A stretch of 64,000 nt of DNA from a bacterium. GTDB lineage: Bacteria > Actinomycetota > Coriobacteriia > Coriobacteriales > QAMH01. The stretch lies in the NCBI GenBank assembly GCA_963642995.1, contig CAVIIZ010000003.1, positions 58,492-122,491 of the forward strand. Direction: 5' to 3'. The notes beneath the pieces were generated by a model, which saw only the letters and a program-made list of their open reading frames with translations, ran no database searches and was not told the origin of the DNA. The position numbers and the translations under genes are program-made. Numbering within the stretch: position 1 is the first letter of the stretch; the number at the start of each line of letters is the position of its first letter. Positions 42,098-52,600 of this stretch are shown here, in pieces.

Positions 42098-44863
42098 GTG
42101 CCGGACAAGGAGATGCCCAAGACCTACGACCCTGCCGAAAACGAGCAGGCCGTCCTTTCCAAATGGCTTGAGGGGGGCTGGTACGCGCGCTCGCAGGGCA
42201 AGGGCGCGCATGCGGGCGAGGACCGCACCATCGTCATCCCGCCGCCCAACGTCACGGGCATGCTGCACATGGGGCATGCGCTCGACGACACCATCCAAGA
42301 CGCCTACGTGCGCTACTCGCGCATGCGCGGCTATTCGACGCGCTGGATCTTGGGCACCGACCACGCGGGCATCGCCACCCAGACCAAGGTGGACAAAAAG
42401 CTCAAGGAGCAAGGCGTCTCGCGCCTCGAGATAGGGCGCGAGGCCTTCGTCGAGGAGTGCCGCAAGTGGCGCGAGGAATACGGAGGGGTCATCGTCGAGC
42501 AGATCAAGCGCATGGGCTGCTCGGTGGACTTCTCCGACGAGAAGTTCACCATGAGCCCCGACTACGAGCGAGCCGTGCGGCGGGTCTTTTGCCGGTGGTA
42601 CCGCGACGGGCTGGTGTATCGCGGCAAGCGCATCGTGAACTGGTGCCCGAGCTGCGCCACCGCCATCAGCGACGACGAGGCCGAGTACAAAGACGAGGCG
42701 TCGCATCTGTGGTATCTGCGCTACCCCCTCAAAGAGCCCGTCGCCGGGCGCGACCACGTCGTCGTGGCCACGACGCGCCCCGAGACCATGCTGGGAGACA
42801 CCGGCGTGGCCGTGGCCGAAGGCGATGCGGACAAGGCCGCGCTCGTGGGGGCGACGGTCGTGCTGCCCATCGTGGGCCGCGAGATCCCCGTGTTCGCCGA
42901 CTGGCACGTGGACGCGGGCTTCGGCACGGGCTTCGTGAAAGTCACGCCGGCGCACGACCCCAACGACTACGCCATGGGCGTCGCGCACGGCTTGGAGCAG
43001 GTCAACATCTTCGACGAGCATGCGGTCGTGGCAGACGGATTCGGAAAGTTCTCCGGCATGGGCCGCGACGAGGCGCGCGAGGCCGTCGTGGCCTGGTTCG
43101 AGGAGCACGGGCTGCTCGAGCGCGTGGAAGACATCGAGCACTCCGTCATGCACTGCTACCGCTGCGACACGACGCTCGAGCCGTGGCTGTCCGAGCAGTG
43201 GTTCGTGGCCGTGGACAAGCTGAAGGGGCCTGCCGTCGAGGCGGTCGAGAGCGGGCAAATCGCCTTCCACCCCGCACGTTGGGCGCAAACGTATCTCACG
43301 TGGATGGAAAACCTGAAAGACTGGTGCATCTCGCGCCAGCTGTGGTGGGGGCACCGCATCCCCGTGTTCTACTGCGACGAATGCGGCTGGACAGACGCGC
43401 TCGAAGAAGACGCGGACACGTGCCCGCAGTGCGGCGCGGCGCTGCGCCAAGACGACGACGTGCTCGACACGTGGTTTTCCAGCCAGCTGTGGACGTTTGC
43501 CACGCAGGGCTGGCCGGACCACCCCGAGCAGCTCGAGGGGCACCACCCCACGAAGGTGCTGGTCACGGCGCGCGACATCATCGCGCTGTGGGTGGCGCGC
43601 ATGGTCATGAGCTCGATGTACTTCACGGGCGAGATACCCTTCCACGACGTTTTCATCTACGCGACCATCCTGGCCAAAGACGGCAGCCGCATGTCGAAGT
43701 CCAAGGGCAACGGCGTCGACCCCATGGACCTCATAGAGATGTACGGCGCCGACGCGATGCGCTTCAACCTGCTCACGCTCGTCACGGGCAGCCAGGACGT
43801 GAAATTCGACGCGCAGCTCGACAAGAAGACGCGCGCGCTGCTCGCCTCGCCGCGCACGGATTCGGCGCGCTCGTTCGTCACGAAGATCTGGAACGCCGCG
43901 CGCTTCGTGCACATGAACCTCGACGGCTACGAGGCGGGGGAGCCGCAGGTGGCAGAACCTGCCGACGCGTGGATCTTCTCGCGCCTGGCAAAACTTGCCG
44001 CGCAGGTCGGCGACGGGATGGAGGCCTACGAGTTTTCCAAGGTCGCGCACGCGCTCTACGGGTTTTTCTGGAACGAGTTCTGCGACTGGTACATCGAGCT
44101 GTGCAAGGCGCGGCTTGCAGAGGGCGGGCAGGGGCGCGCGGTGGCGCAGCGCAACCTCGTCTACGTGCTCGACTGCGCCCTGCGCCTGCTGCACCCCGTC
44201 ATGCCCTTCGTCACGGAGGCCATCTGGGCCTATCTGCCCACCTCGGCGGCCGACCCCGCGCCGGCGCTCATGGTGGCCGACTGGCCGCAGCCGGCGGATC
44301 TGGCGCATTGGATCGACGAGGACGGCGAGCGGGCGGTCGCGCTTGCCTGCGCGGTCGTCTCGAGCGTGCGGGCGACGCGCGCGCGCTACGGCATCAGCCC
44401 GCGCCAGGAGCTCGCCGTGTCCGTGCGCGTGGCCGCCGGTGATGCGGCAGGAGAGGCGGGCGCGGACGGCGACGGAGAGGGCGTGGACGGCGATGCGGTG
44501 GCAAGCGCGGCAGACGAGGAGCGCTTCTTGAACGCCCAGCGCGAGCTCGTCGTGAACCTGGCGCGCCTGTCCGAATTCGAGGTCTTGGCGCATGATGCGC
44601 CGCGCCCCGCCGAATGCGGCATCGACCTCGTGGGCGACGTGGAGGTCTACGTGCGCCTTTCCGGCTTCGTGGATTTCTCCGAGGAGGCAAGGCGCCTGGA
44701 AAAGCGCCGCAGCGCCGCGCAAAAGGAGAAAGACAAGCTCGACCGCAAGCTTTCCAACGAGAACTTCCTGGCGAAGGCCGCGCCGGAGGCCGTGGAGAAG
44801 GTGCGCGCCGACCTCGCCGACCTCGACCGCGAGCTGAAGCTCATAGCGGCGCAGCTGGGCTAG
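42098..44863 (+). CDS. valS: Valine-tRNA ligase
   Basis: PPPNVTGMLHMGHA (HIGH), KMSKSKGN (KMSKS), C-terminal coiled coil. Start GTG 42098 (alternative ATG 42113). Confidence 0.95.
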   Translation: MPDKEMPKTYDPAENEQAVLSKWLEGGWYARSQGKGAHAGEDRTIVIPPPNVTGMLHMGHALDDTIQDAYVRYSRMRGYSTRWILGTDHAGIATQTKVDKKLKEQGVSRLEIGREAFVEECRKWREEYGGVIVEQIKRMGCSVDFSDEKFTMSPDYERAVRRVFCRWYRDGLVYRGKRIVNWCPSCATAISDDEAEYKDEASHLWYLRYPLKEPVAGRDHVVVATTRPETMLGDTGVAVAEGDADKAALVGATVVLPIVGREIPVFADWHVDAGFGTGFVKVTPAHDPNDYAMGVAHGLEQVNIFDEHAVVADGFGKFSGMGRDEAREAVVAWFEEHGLLERVEDIEHSVMHCYRCDTTLEPWLSEQWFVAVDKLKGPAVEAVESGQIAFHPARWAQTYLTWMENLKDWCISRQLWWGHRIPVFYCDECGWTDALEEDADTCPQCGAALRQDDDVLDTWFSSQLWTFATQGWPDHPEQLEGHHPTKVLVTARDIIALWVARMVMSSMYFTGEIPFHDVFIYATILAKDGSRMSKSKGNGVDPMDLIEMYGADAMRFNLLTLVTGSQDVKFDAQLDKKTRALLASPRTDSARSFVTKIWNAARFVHMNLDGYEAGEPQVAEPADAWIFSRLAKLAAQVGDGMEAYEFSKVAHALYGFFWNEFCDWYIELCKARLAEGGQGRAVAQRNLVYVLDCALRLLHPVMPFVTEAIWAYLPTSAADPAPALMVADWPQPADLAHWIDEDGERAVALACAVVSSVRATRARYGISPRQELAVSVRVAAGDAAGEAGADGDGEGVDGDAVASAADEERFLNAQRELVVNLARLSEFEVLAHDAPRPAECGIDLVGDVEVYVRLSGFVDFSEEARRLEKRRSAAQKEKDKLDRKLSNENFLAKAAPEAVEKVRADLADLDRELKLIAAQLG

Positions 44864-44872
44864 GGGGCGGGC

Positions 44873-45643
44873 ATGGCAGATGGTGGCGACGCTGTCTTGG
44901 GCGATTTCGCCCGGCTCGACTTCGAGCGCGCGCAGCGCTGCGGTTTTCCCGAGGTCGTCTACGGCGCGGGGAAGACGGCCGGCCAGGTGGCGTCCATCAT
45001 GGAGGCGCTCGTGGAAAGGCACGGCGTGGCGCTGGCCACGCGGGTGGCCCCCGAGGCCGCCGAGGCCGCGCGCGCGCGGGTGCCGCATGCCCGCTTCTTC
45101 GAGCGCAGCGGCATGCTCTTCGCCGACGTGCGCGACGATCCGATAGCCGGCGCCACCCTCGAGGAGCTGCTGGCCTGCCCGGCCCGCGCGCAAGGCCGCG
45201 TGCTCGTGGCCTGCGCGGGCACGAGCGACGTCGCGGTGGCCGAGGAGGCCGCCATCACCGCCCGCGTCATGGGCTCTGCCGTCGCTTTCCTGCCCGATGT
45301 GGGGGTGGCCGGCGTGCACCGCGTCTTGGCCCACGAGCGGGAGCTGCGCTGCGCGCGCGTCGTCGTCTGCGTGGCCGGCATGGAAGGCGCGCTTGCCAGC
45401 CTCGTGGCCGGCCTCGTGGACGTGCCGGTGGTGGCGGTGCCCACGAGCGCGGGCTACGGGGCGAGTTTCGGCGGGCTGTCGGCGCTGCTGGGGATGCTCA
45501 ACTCATGCGCGGGCGGGGTCTCGGTGGTCAACATCGACAACGGTTTCGGCGCCGGCCAGATCGCGCATCGCGTCAACGTGGTGCCCGAACGCTTCCTCGG
45601 TGCGGGCGCAGGCCCGCAAGACGGCGAAAGGTCCGAAAGATGA
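44873..45643 (+). CDS. larB: LarB-type (PurE-like) nickel-pincer cofactor biosynthesis carboxylase/hydrolase homolog
   Basis: N-terminal LDFERAQRCGFPEVVYGAGKT. C-terminal PurE-like CAGTSDVAVAEEA...VAGMEGALASLVAGL...VVAVPTSAGYG. Confidence 0.8.
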   Translation: MADGGDAVLGDFARLDFERAQRCGFPEVVYGAGKTAGQVASIMEALVERHGVALATRVAPEAAEAARARVPHARFFERSGMLFADVRDDPIAGATLEELLACPARAQGRVLVACAGTSDVAVAEEAAITARVMGSAVAFLPDVGVAGVHRVLAHERELRCARVVVCVAGMEGALASLVAGLVDVPVVAVPTSAGYGASFGGLSALLGMLNSCAGGVSVVNIDNGFGAGQIAHRVNVVPERFLGAGAGPQDGERSER

Positions 45644-46686
45644 TCGAGGTCATATGGCATGGACGCGGCGGCCAGGGCGCCTTCACGGCGGCCAGGCTCC
45701 TCGGCGCGGCGGCTGCCGGCCACGAGGGGCTGCACGCGTTGGCGTTTCCCTCGTTTGGCCCGGAGCGCCGCGGGGCGCCGATGCGGGCGTTCACCAAGAT
45801 AGACGAAAAGCCCGTCGCCGACCGCTCCGTGCCCGCGCAAGCCGACATCGTCGTCTACCTCGACGAGACGCTGCTGGACGGGGGATGGCGCGGGGAGTGC
45901 CGCAGGGCGGCCGGGAGCCGAGGCGATGCGGGCTCGGCCCCGGCGGCGTCGTGCGCGACGACCGTGCTCGTGAACCACGGGCAGGCCGGCCGCACGGCAG
46001 ACGGCATCTGCTGTCTGCCGGCAAGCGCCATCGCCGCCGGGACCCTGGGCCGCGACATCCCCAACACCGCTTTCCTCGGCGCCATATGCGAGCTGTCCGG
46101 GGCGCTCGACGTCTCGGACGCGATGCGCGCCATCGACGAGCTGATGCCGCCGCGCCTGCGCGAGGCCAACAAAGAGGCCGTCCGGGCCGCGGCGCGCGCG
46201 GTGCGCGAGATGGCAGGCCCCGCCGCGTCGCGGCCCGTGGAGCTTGCGGCTCTCGCGAAAGGGGCGGACGCGGGAGCAGGCGGGGAGGCGGACGCGCGGG
46301 GAGAAGACGGGCACGCCCCGACAGTCCATGTGCGCCGCGACGTGCTCGACTACACGGCCATCGCGCAGACGACCTGTTTTCCGTCGGGCTATCTCGACCA
46401 CGGCAACGCCGGATGGCGCAGCGTGCGCCCGGTGGTGGACGCCGGCGCCTGCGTGGGCTGCCTGCGCTGCTGGATGCAATGCCCCGACGCCTGCATCATC
46501 CGAAAGGACACCGCCTCGCACGACAGGCCCGATGCGCGCCGCGGCCTGCGGCAGGGTGAAAAGCCCCGCCGGCATCCGGTGGGGGTCGACTACGCCTTGT
46601 GCAAGGGGTGCGGAATATGCGCGCGCGCCTGCCCCGTGCGCGCGATCGAGATGGTGAGCGAGCACGAGAAGGAGGTGCCCGCATGA
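45640..46686 (+). CDS. 2-oxoacid:ferredoxin oxidoreductase, fused gamma + delta (2x[4Fe-4S]) subunit
   Basis: ATG overlaps the larB stop (ATGA). Gamma-like WHGRGGQGAFTAARLL...FGPERRGAP. Delta-like CVGCLRCWMQCPDACI and CKGCGICARACPVRAI, joined by a low-complexity linker. Confidence 0.85.
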   Translation: MIEVIWHGRGGQGAFTAARLLGAAAAGHEGLHALAFPSFGPERRGAPMRAFTKIDEKPVADRSVPAQADIVVYLDETLLDGGWRGECRRAAGSRGDAGSAPAASCATTVLVNHGQAGRTADGICCLPASAIAAGTLGRDIPNTAFLGAICELSGALDVSDAMRAIDELMPPRLREANKEAVRAAARAVREMAGPAASRPVELAALAKGADAGAGGEADARGEDGHAPTVHVRRDVLDYTAIAQTTCFPSGYLDHGNAGWRSVRPVVDAGACVGCLRCWMQCPDACIIRKDTASHDRPDARRGLRQGEKPRRHPVGVDYALCKGCGICARACPVRAIEMVSEHEKEVPA

Positions 46687-47864
46687 GCACGCGCTTCATC
46701 TGCGGCAACGAGGCCGTGGCATGCGGGGTGCGCCTCGCGCGCCCCCATGTGGTGGCCGCCTACCCCATCACCCCGCAGACGACCATCGTGGAGGCCCTCG
46801 CGCGGATGAAGGCCGACGGCGAGCTTTCCGCCGAGTACATCCACGTGGAGTCCGAGCATTCGGCGCTGTCGGCCGCCCTCGGCGCGTCCATGACCGGCGC
46901 GCGCACCTTCACCGCCACCTCCAGCCAGGGGCTGCTCTACATGGCCGAGGTCTTGAGCTATGCGGCGGGCGGGCGCTTTCCCATCGTCATGGCCAACGCC
47001 AACCGCGCCACGGCCTTGCCCTGGAACATCTACGGCGACCAGCGCGACAGCATCGGCTTGCTCGACCAGGGCTGGATCCAGGCCTATGCGGGCAACGCGC
47101 AAGAGGCCCTCGACCTCGTGCTCTTGGCCTACCGCATCGCCGAAGACCGGCGCGTGGCGACGCCGTTCATGGTCAACCTCGACGGATTTGCCCTCACGCA
47201 CACCTACGAGACGGTGGACGTGCCCGATTGCGGGCAGGCAGACGCCTTCCTGCCCCCGTATGCCACGGACAACCGCTTCGATTTCGACGCGCCGAAAAGC
47301 ATCGGGTATTCCGCCGGGCCTGCGCACGATTGGCGCTACAAGCGCGAGGCGCACGAGGCGATGCTGCGCGTGGGCGAGGTGGTGGCCGAGGCCGAAGGGG
47401 AGTTCGCCCGCATCTTCGGGCGCTGCTATCCGGGCATGCTGGAGGCATATCGCTGCGAAGACGCCGAGGTGGCGGTGGTCACGCTCGGCAGCATCTCCGG
47501 GCTCGTGGCCTCGGTGGTAGACGAGCTGCGCGAAAGAGGGGTGCGCGCCGGCCTCGTGCGGCTGCGCTACCTGCGGCCCTTCCCGAAAGAGGAGCTGTGC
47601 GCCGCCTTGGCCGGGGTGAAGCGGGCATGCGTGCTGGAAAAGGACGTCTCCTTCGGCGCGGAGGGCACGGTGTTCACCAACGTGAACTCGGCCCTGCAGC
47701 AAGGCGGGGCGTCCACGAGGACCTGCAACCGCATCGGCGGCCTCGGGGGCGCCGACATCTCCGCGCCTGCGGTGCGCGCCCTGTTCTCCGAGCTGGCAGA
47801 CGGCAGCTGCGAGGCGCGTCGCGTCGCCTTCATCGACGGAGGAGAAGGGGAGGTGGTCTCGTGA
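46683..47864 (+). CDS. 2-oxoacid:ferredoxin oxidoreductase subunit alpha
   Basis: ATG overlaps the previous stop (ATGA). GNEAVACGVRLARPHVVAAYPITPQT...ESEHSALSA. Confidence 0.9.
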   Translation: MSTRFICGNEAVACGVRLARPHVVAAYPITPQTTIVEALARMKADGELSAEYIHVESEHSALSAALGASMTGARTFTATSSQGLLYMAEVLSYAAGGRFPIVMANANRATALPWNIYGDQRDSIGLLDQGWIQAYAGNAQEALDLVLLAYRIAEDRRVATPFMVNLDGFALTHTYETVDVPDCGQADAFLPPYATDNRFDFDAPKSIGYSAGPAHDWRYKREAHEAMLRVGEVVAEAEGEFARIFGRCYPGMLEAYRCEDAEVAVVTLGSISGLVASVVDELRERGVRAGLVRLRYLRPFPKEELCAALAGVKRACVLEKDVSFGAEGTVFTNVNSALQQGGASTRTCNRIGGLGGADISAPAVRALFSELADGSCEARRVAFIDGGEGEVVS

Positions 47865-48778
47865 GGGAGAAGCCTGTCGCGGGCGCGGGGGGCGCGCTTG
47901 CAGGCGAGGAGCGTTTCCTCGGGCATGCGGCATGCGCGGGCTGCGCGGCCTCGCTCGTGGTGCGCCACGTCATGAAGGTCCTAGGCCCTCATGCGGTGGC
48001 CGCGCTGCCGGCAGGGTGCATGAGCGCGGTGGCCTTCAACTTCCCCCAGATGGCCTTCACGACAAACGCCGCCATCACGCCGTTTGCCTCGTGCGCGGCC
48101 GTGGCAAGCGGCATCGAGGCCGGTTTGCGCGCGCAGGGGCTCAAGCCGCGCGACTGCACCGTGGTCGCCATCGCGGGCGACGGGGGCACGGCCGACATCG
48201 GGCTGGCGTCGCTTTCGGGCGCCATCGACCGCGGCGACGACATCCTCTACATCTGCTACGACAACGAGGCCTACATGAACACGGGCATCCAGGAAAGCTC
48301 GCTGTCGCCGCGTTTTTCCGCCACGACCACGAGTCCGGCCGGCGCCTGCGCAAGCGGCGTCGCCACCGACAAGAAGCGCCTGTTCGAGATCGTCGCGGCC
48401 CACGGCATCCCCTATGCCGCGACGGCCTCGGCCGGATGCCTTTCCGACCTCGACGCCAAGCTCGCGCGCGCCGCCGCCGTGAAGGGGACCCGCTTTCTGC
48501 ACGTGCTCGCCCCGTGTCCCACGGGCTGGGGCCACGCTCCCGAGCTGTCGTGCGAGATCGCCCGCCAGGCGGTGGACTGCGGGCTGTGGTACCTGGCCGA
48601 ATACGACGGAAAAAGCGCGCAGACGCGCCTCACGCACGACCCGGGCGACTTCTCCGACCTCGGCGCCTACCTGAAAGGCCAGCGCCGTTTCGCGCATCTG
48701 GCCGAAGCCGACGTGCGCGCCATGTCCGCCGCACGCGACGTTGCCTGGGAGCGCATGAGGCGCACGTGGGCGTCGTGA
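47861..48778 (+). CDS. 2-oxoacid:ferredoxin oxidoreductase subunit beta (TPP-binding)
   Basis: GTG overlaps the previous stop (GTGA). ACAGC..., GDGGTADIGL, and the YICYDNEAYMNTGIQ TPP motif. Confidence 0.9.
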   Translation: MREKPVAGAGGALAGEERFLGHAACAGCAASLVVRHVMKVLGPHAVAALPAGCMSAVAFNFPQMAFTTNAAITPFASCAAVASGIEAGLRAQGLKPRDCTVVAIAGDGGTADIGLASLSGAIDRGDDILYICYDNEAYMNTGIQESSLSPRFSATTTSPAGACASGVATDKKRLFEIVAAHGIPYAATASAGCLSDLDAKLARAAAVKGTRFLHVLAPCPTGWGHAPELSCEIARQAVDCGLWYLAEYDGKSAQTRLTHDPGDFSDLGAYLKGQRRFAHLAEADVRAMSAARDVAWERMRRTWAS

Positions 48779-48787
48779 CGATTGCCT

Positions 48788-48838
48788 GAAGGCGGGCATG
48801 CCGCATCCGCCGCGCCCGCCTTCGCCGGGCCGCTTTTT
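48788..48838 (+). terminator. Terminator-like structure after the OFOR operon
   Basis: 10-bp perfect stem GAAGGCGGGC...GCCCGCCTTC, then an alternative GCCCG...CGGGC hairpin followed by CGCTTTTT. Confidence 0.5.
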
Positions 48839-48858
48839 GCGCTACCATTGCCGCCGTC

Positions 48859-49257
48859 ATGGAAAACGAGAAGCTCACATTCAGGAGAGTCGCGATGCGC
48901 GCGGTGTCCGTGCTCGTGTGCGCGGCAGGCGCCGCCGCGAGCGCCTACAGCCTCATCATCCAGTTCCAGGAGGTGGGCAACATCATGGCCTCCGTGTGCT
49001 GGTTCTCCGGCTTGTTCTCGCTTGTGGCGGGCATCTCCGGATACGCCGTCACCTGCCTGGGGAGAAAGGGGAGAAAACGCACGTGGGCCGCCGTCCTCGC
49101 AGGACTTGCGCTCGCCGTCGCGGCCTTCCTCTACGCACAGGCCCGTCTTCCCCTGCACACCGTCGCCTCCATCGCCATCGCCTGCGTGTGCGTGCAGGCG
49201 GTGTTGCTCTTCATCTGGCATTTCGTCTTGAAGCGCGAAGACCCCGACGCCCTCTAG
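48859..49257 (+). CDS. Hypothetical small membrane protein (about 4 predicted TM segments)
   Basis: Hydrophobic segments VSVLVCAAGAAASAYSLII, VCWFSGLFSLVAGISGYAV, AAVLAGLALAVAAFLY and IAIACVCVQAVLLFIW. No recognisable family. Confidence 0.55.
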   Translation: MENEKLTFRRVAMRAVSVLVCAAGAAASAYSLIIQFQEVGNIMASVCWFSGLFSLVAGISGYAVTCLGRKGRKRTWAAVLAGLALAVAAFLYAQARLPLHTVASIAIACVCVQAVLLFIWHFVLKREDPDAL

Positions 49258-49352
49258 ACCTCCTTGCGCGCCGCCCATCGCGGCCGTGCTCCGTAGTACC
49301 ATGGGGTGAAATCCGGTCGAGAGACGTCCGCGCGGAAAGCAGGGGTGCGTGC

Positions 49353-49661
49353 ATGGCAGAACACGAAGTGAGAAACGACAAGGTGGAGGCGCTTCTTTCG
49401 GTGCTGGCGCAGATCTCGGATCCCGACGCGCTCTACGAGCTTTTCCGCGACCTGCTCACCGTGCGCGAGATAGAAGACGCGGCGGGCCGCCTCGAGGTGG
49501 CCCGCCTGCTCGACGCCGGCGCGAGCTATGTGGAGATCCAGAAGAAGACGGGCGCGTCGGCCACCACGGTCAGCCGCGTGTCGAAGTGCCTGAACTACGG
49601 CGCCGGGGGATACCGCCGCGCGCTCGACGTCTTGGCCGCGCGCGAGACGGTGGGGAGGTAG
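49353..49661 (+). CDS. YerC/YecD-family (TrpR-like) DNA-binding protein
   Basis: LFRDLLTVREIEDAAGRLEVARLL..GASY.EIQKKTGASATTVSRVSKCLNYG matches the YerC/YecD pattern. Confidence 0.8.
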   Translation: MAEHEVRNDKVEALLSVLAQISDPDALYELFRDLLTVREIEDAAGRLEVARLLDAGASYVEIQKKTGASATTVSRVSKCLNYGAGGYRRALDVLAARETVGR

Positions 49662-49666
49662 CGGGC

Positions 49667-52600
49667 ATGGCCGAGCAGGACATCCCGGGATTTGCGGCCA
49701 TCAAGGCCGCCAGCGAGGGCGCAGGGCCGGTTCCCACCACCTGCCGCGAGACGGGCAACTTCGTCCATCTGCACGTGCACACGGAGTACTCGCTGCTCGA
49801 CGGCGTCACGCGCTTGGGCGATCTGTGCTCGTATGCCAAGGAGCTGGGCATGCCGGCCGTGGCCATCACCGACCACGGCTACATGTACGGCGCGGCCGAG
49901 TTCTACCGCGCGGCCGTCGACGCGGGCATCAAGCCCATCATCGGCTGCGAGGTCTATTTCACCCCCGCGCCCACGCTCGACCACGCCGGCCAGTCGCGCC
50001 CCGAGCTCTACCACATGCTCTTGCTGGCAAAGACCAACCAGGGCTACCGCAACCTCATGCGCATCGTCTCGGACGCCGCCGTGGAGGGCATGTGGTACAA
50101 GCCGCGCGTCACCTTGGACAGCCTGCGCAAGTACCACGACGGCATACTCGCGACCAGCGCCTGCATCGCGGGCATCATCCCGAAGTACCTCGACCAGGGC
50201 CAATACGAGGGCGCCAAGGAGTGGGCGCAGACCTTCATCGACATATTCGGCGCCGAGGACTTCTACATCGAGCTGCAAAACCAAGGACCTGAGATCGTCA
50301 CCGACCACGGCCTTTCCCAGCCCCGTCTGAACGACCTCCTGTGCAAGCTCGCCGACGAGCTGGGTTTGAAGACGGTGGGCACGAACGACCTGCACTACCT
50401 CAAGCGCGAAGACGCCGCCATGCAAGACCTCATGCTGTGCATCGGCATGAACAAGCAGGTGGACGACCCCACGCGCATGAAGTTCAAAAACGACCAGTTC
50501 TACCTGAAAAGCTACGAGGAGATGGCCGAGGCGCTCTGCGAGCATCCCGAGTGCCTGGCCACGACGCTCGAGATCGCCGACAAATGCAACGTCACCATCG
50601 AGTTCGGCAACATCATCTTGCCGCGCTACCCCTTCCTGCGCGAGGGGCAGACGCCCGAGGAGGCGCTGTCCGAGATGGCCCTCGAGGGCTTGAAGGTGCG
50701 CTACGGCGACCCGCTGCCGCCCGAGGTGCTCGAGCGCTTCGAGCACGAGTACGAGATCATATGCACGAAGGGATTTGCCGCCTACTTCCTCATAGTGCAG
50801 GAGTTCGCGCACTGGGCAAAGGAAAACGGCATAGGCGTAGGACCCGGGCGCGGTTCGGCGGCCGGCTCCATCATCTCCTACGCGCTCGACATCACCACCT
50901 TCGACCCGCTGAAAAACGACCTCATCTTCGAGCGCTTCCTCTCGCCGGAGCGCACCGAGATGCCCGATATCGACATGGATTTCGACGATCGCCGGCGCCT
51001 GGACGTGATCCAGCATTGCCGCGAGGTCTACGGCGACGAGCGCATCGCGCACGTGATCACCTACTCGAAGCTCAAGGCCAAAAACGCCATCAACGACGCG
51101 GCGCGCGTGCTGGGCTTTCCCGTGTGGAAAAGCCAAAGCATCACCAAGCTCGTGGGCGCCGACCCGAAGGCCACGATCGACGGCACCATCGAGGAGAACC
51201 CGGAGTTTCGCAAGGCCTACGAGACCGACCCGGATGCGGCGCGCATCATCGACGCCGCCCGCAGCATCGAGGGCCTCACGCGCGGCGAGGGCGTGCATGC
51301 CTCCGCCGTCATCATCTGCCGCGACGACGTGAGCGACTACGTGCCGGTGAAATACGACACCAAGGGCGGCGTCATCATCACCCAATACGACGGGCACATG
51401 ACGGCCGACATGGGCCTTTTGAAGATGGACTTCCTCGGGCTGCGCAACCTGACCGTCATCCAGGACGCGCTGGCCAACATCAAGCGCAACTTCGGCGTCG
51501 ACGTCGAGCTGAACCCGCACGGCCAGATCGACCCGGCCGCCACGCGGGGCGCGCATCCAAGCATCATGACCATGGACGACCCTGCCATATTCGAGCTGTT
51601 CGCGCGCGGCGACACGGCAAGCGTCTTCCAGGTCGAGTCGCCCGGCATGCGCGCCTTGCTCAAGCGCATGAAGCCGGACCGCTACGACGACATCGTGGCC
51701 GTGCTCGCGCTCTACCGCCCCGGCCCTCTGGGCGCCGGCATGGTCGACGACTTCGTGGATCGCAAGCTCGGCCGCAAGCCCGTCACCTACTACGACGAGC
51801 GCCTGAAGCCCATACTCGAGAACACCTACGGCTGCATCGTCTACCAAGAGCAGGTCATGCGCATCTCGGTGGTCATGTCCGGCTTCACCGTCGGCGAAAG
51901 CGACAAGGTGCGCAAGGCCGTGGCGAAGAAGAAGATCGCCCTCATGCGCGAGGTCGTGCAGACCTGGGCAGACGGCACGTCCGAGACGATGGAAGACCAC
52001 TGGATGAACGGCGCCGAGCGCAACGGCTACTCGCGCAAGATAGCCCAGACCATCTGGGACGACGTCTTGAAGTTCGCCGAGTACGCCTTCAACAAGTCGC
52101 ATTCGGCGGCCTACGGCATACTCACCATGCAGACGGCGTGGCTGAAGGCGCACTACCCCAACGAGTTTCTCGCCGCCGACCTCACGAGCTACATGGGCAA
52201 GACGGACAAGACGGTGAAGTGCGTGAACGGCTGCCGGGAAAGCGGCGTGGCGGTGCTGCCCCCCGACATCAACAGCTCGCGCACGCAGTTCACGCCCGTG
52301 GCGGAGGGCATCCGCTTCGGGCTGGCGGGCCTGCGCGGCGTGGGCGAGTCCGTGGCCGAGGAGATCATCGCCGAACGCGAGCGGGGCGGCGATTTCGAGA
52401 GCCTGCACGACTATCTCAACCGCCTGCCGGCCGACGCGTGCAACAGGCGCGTGGTCGAGGCGCTGGTGAAGTCGGGCGCGTTCGACTCGACGGGATATCC
52501 GCGCAAGCAGCTGTGGGGCTTCGTGGAAGAAGGCGCCTTGCTGGAGTCGGCCACGCGCCGGCGCAACGAGCGCGAGACGGGGCAGGTGTCGCTGTTCGAC

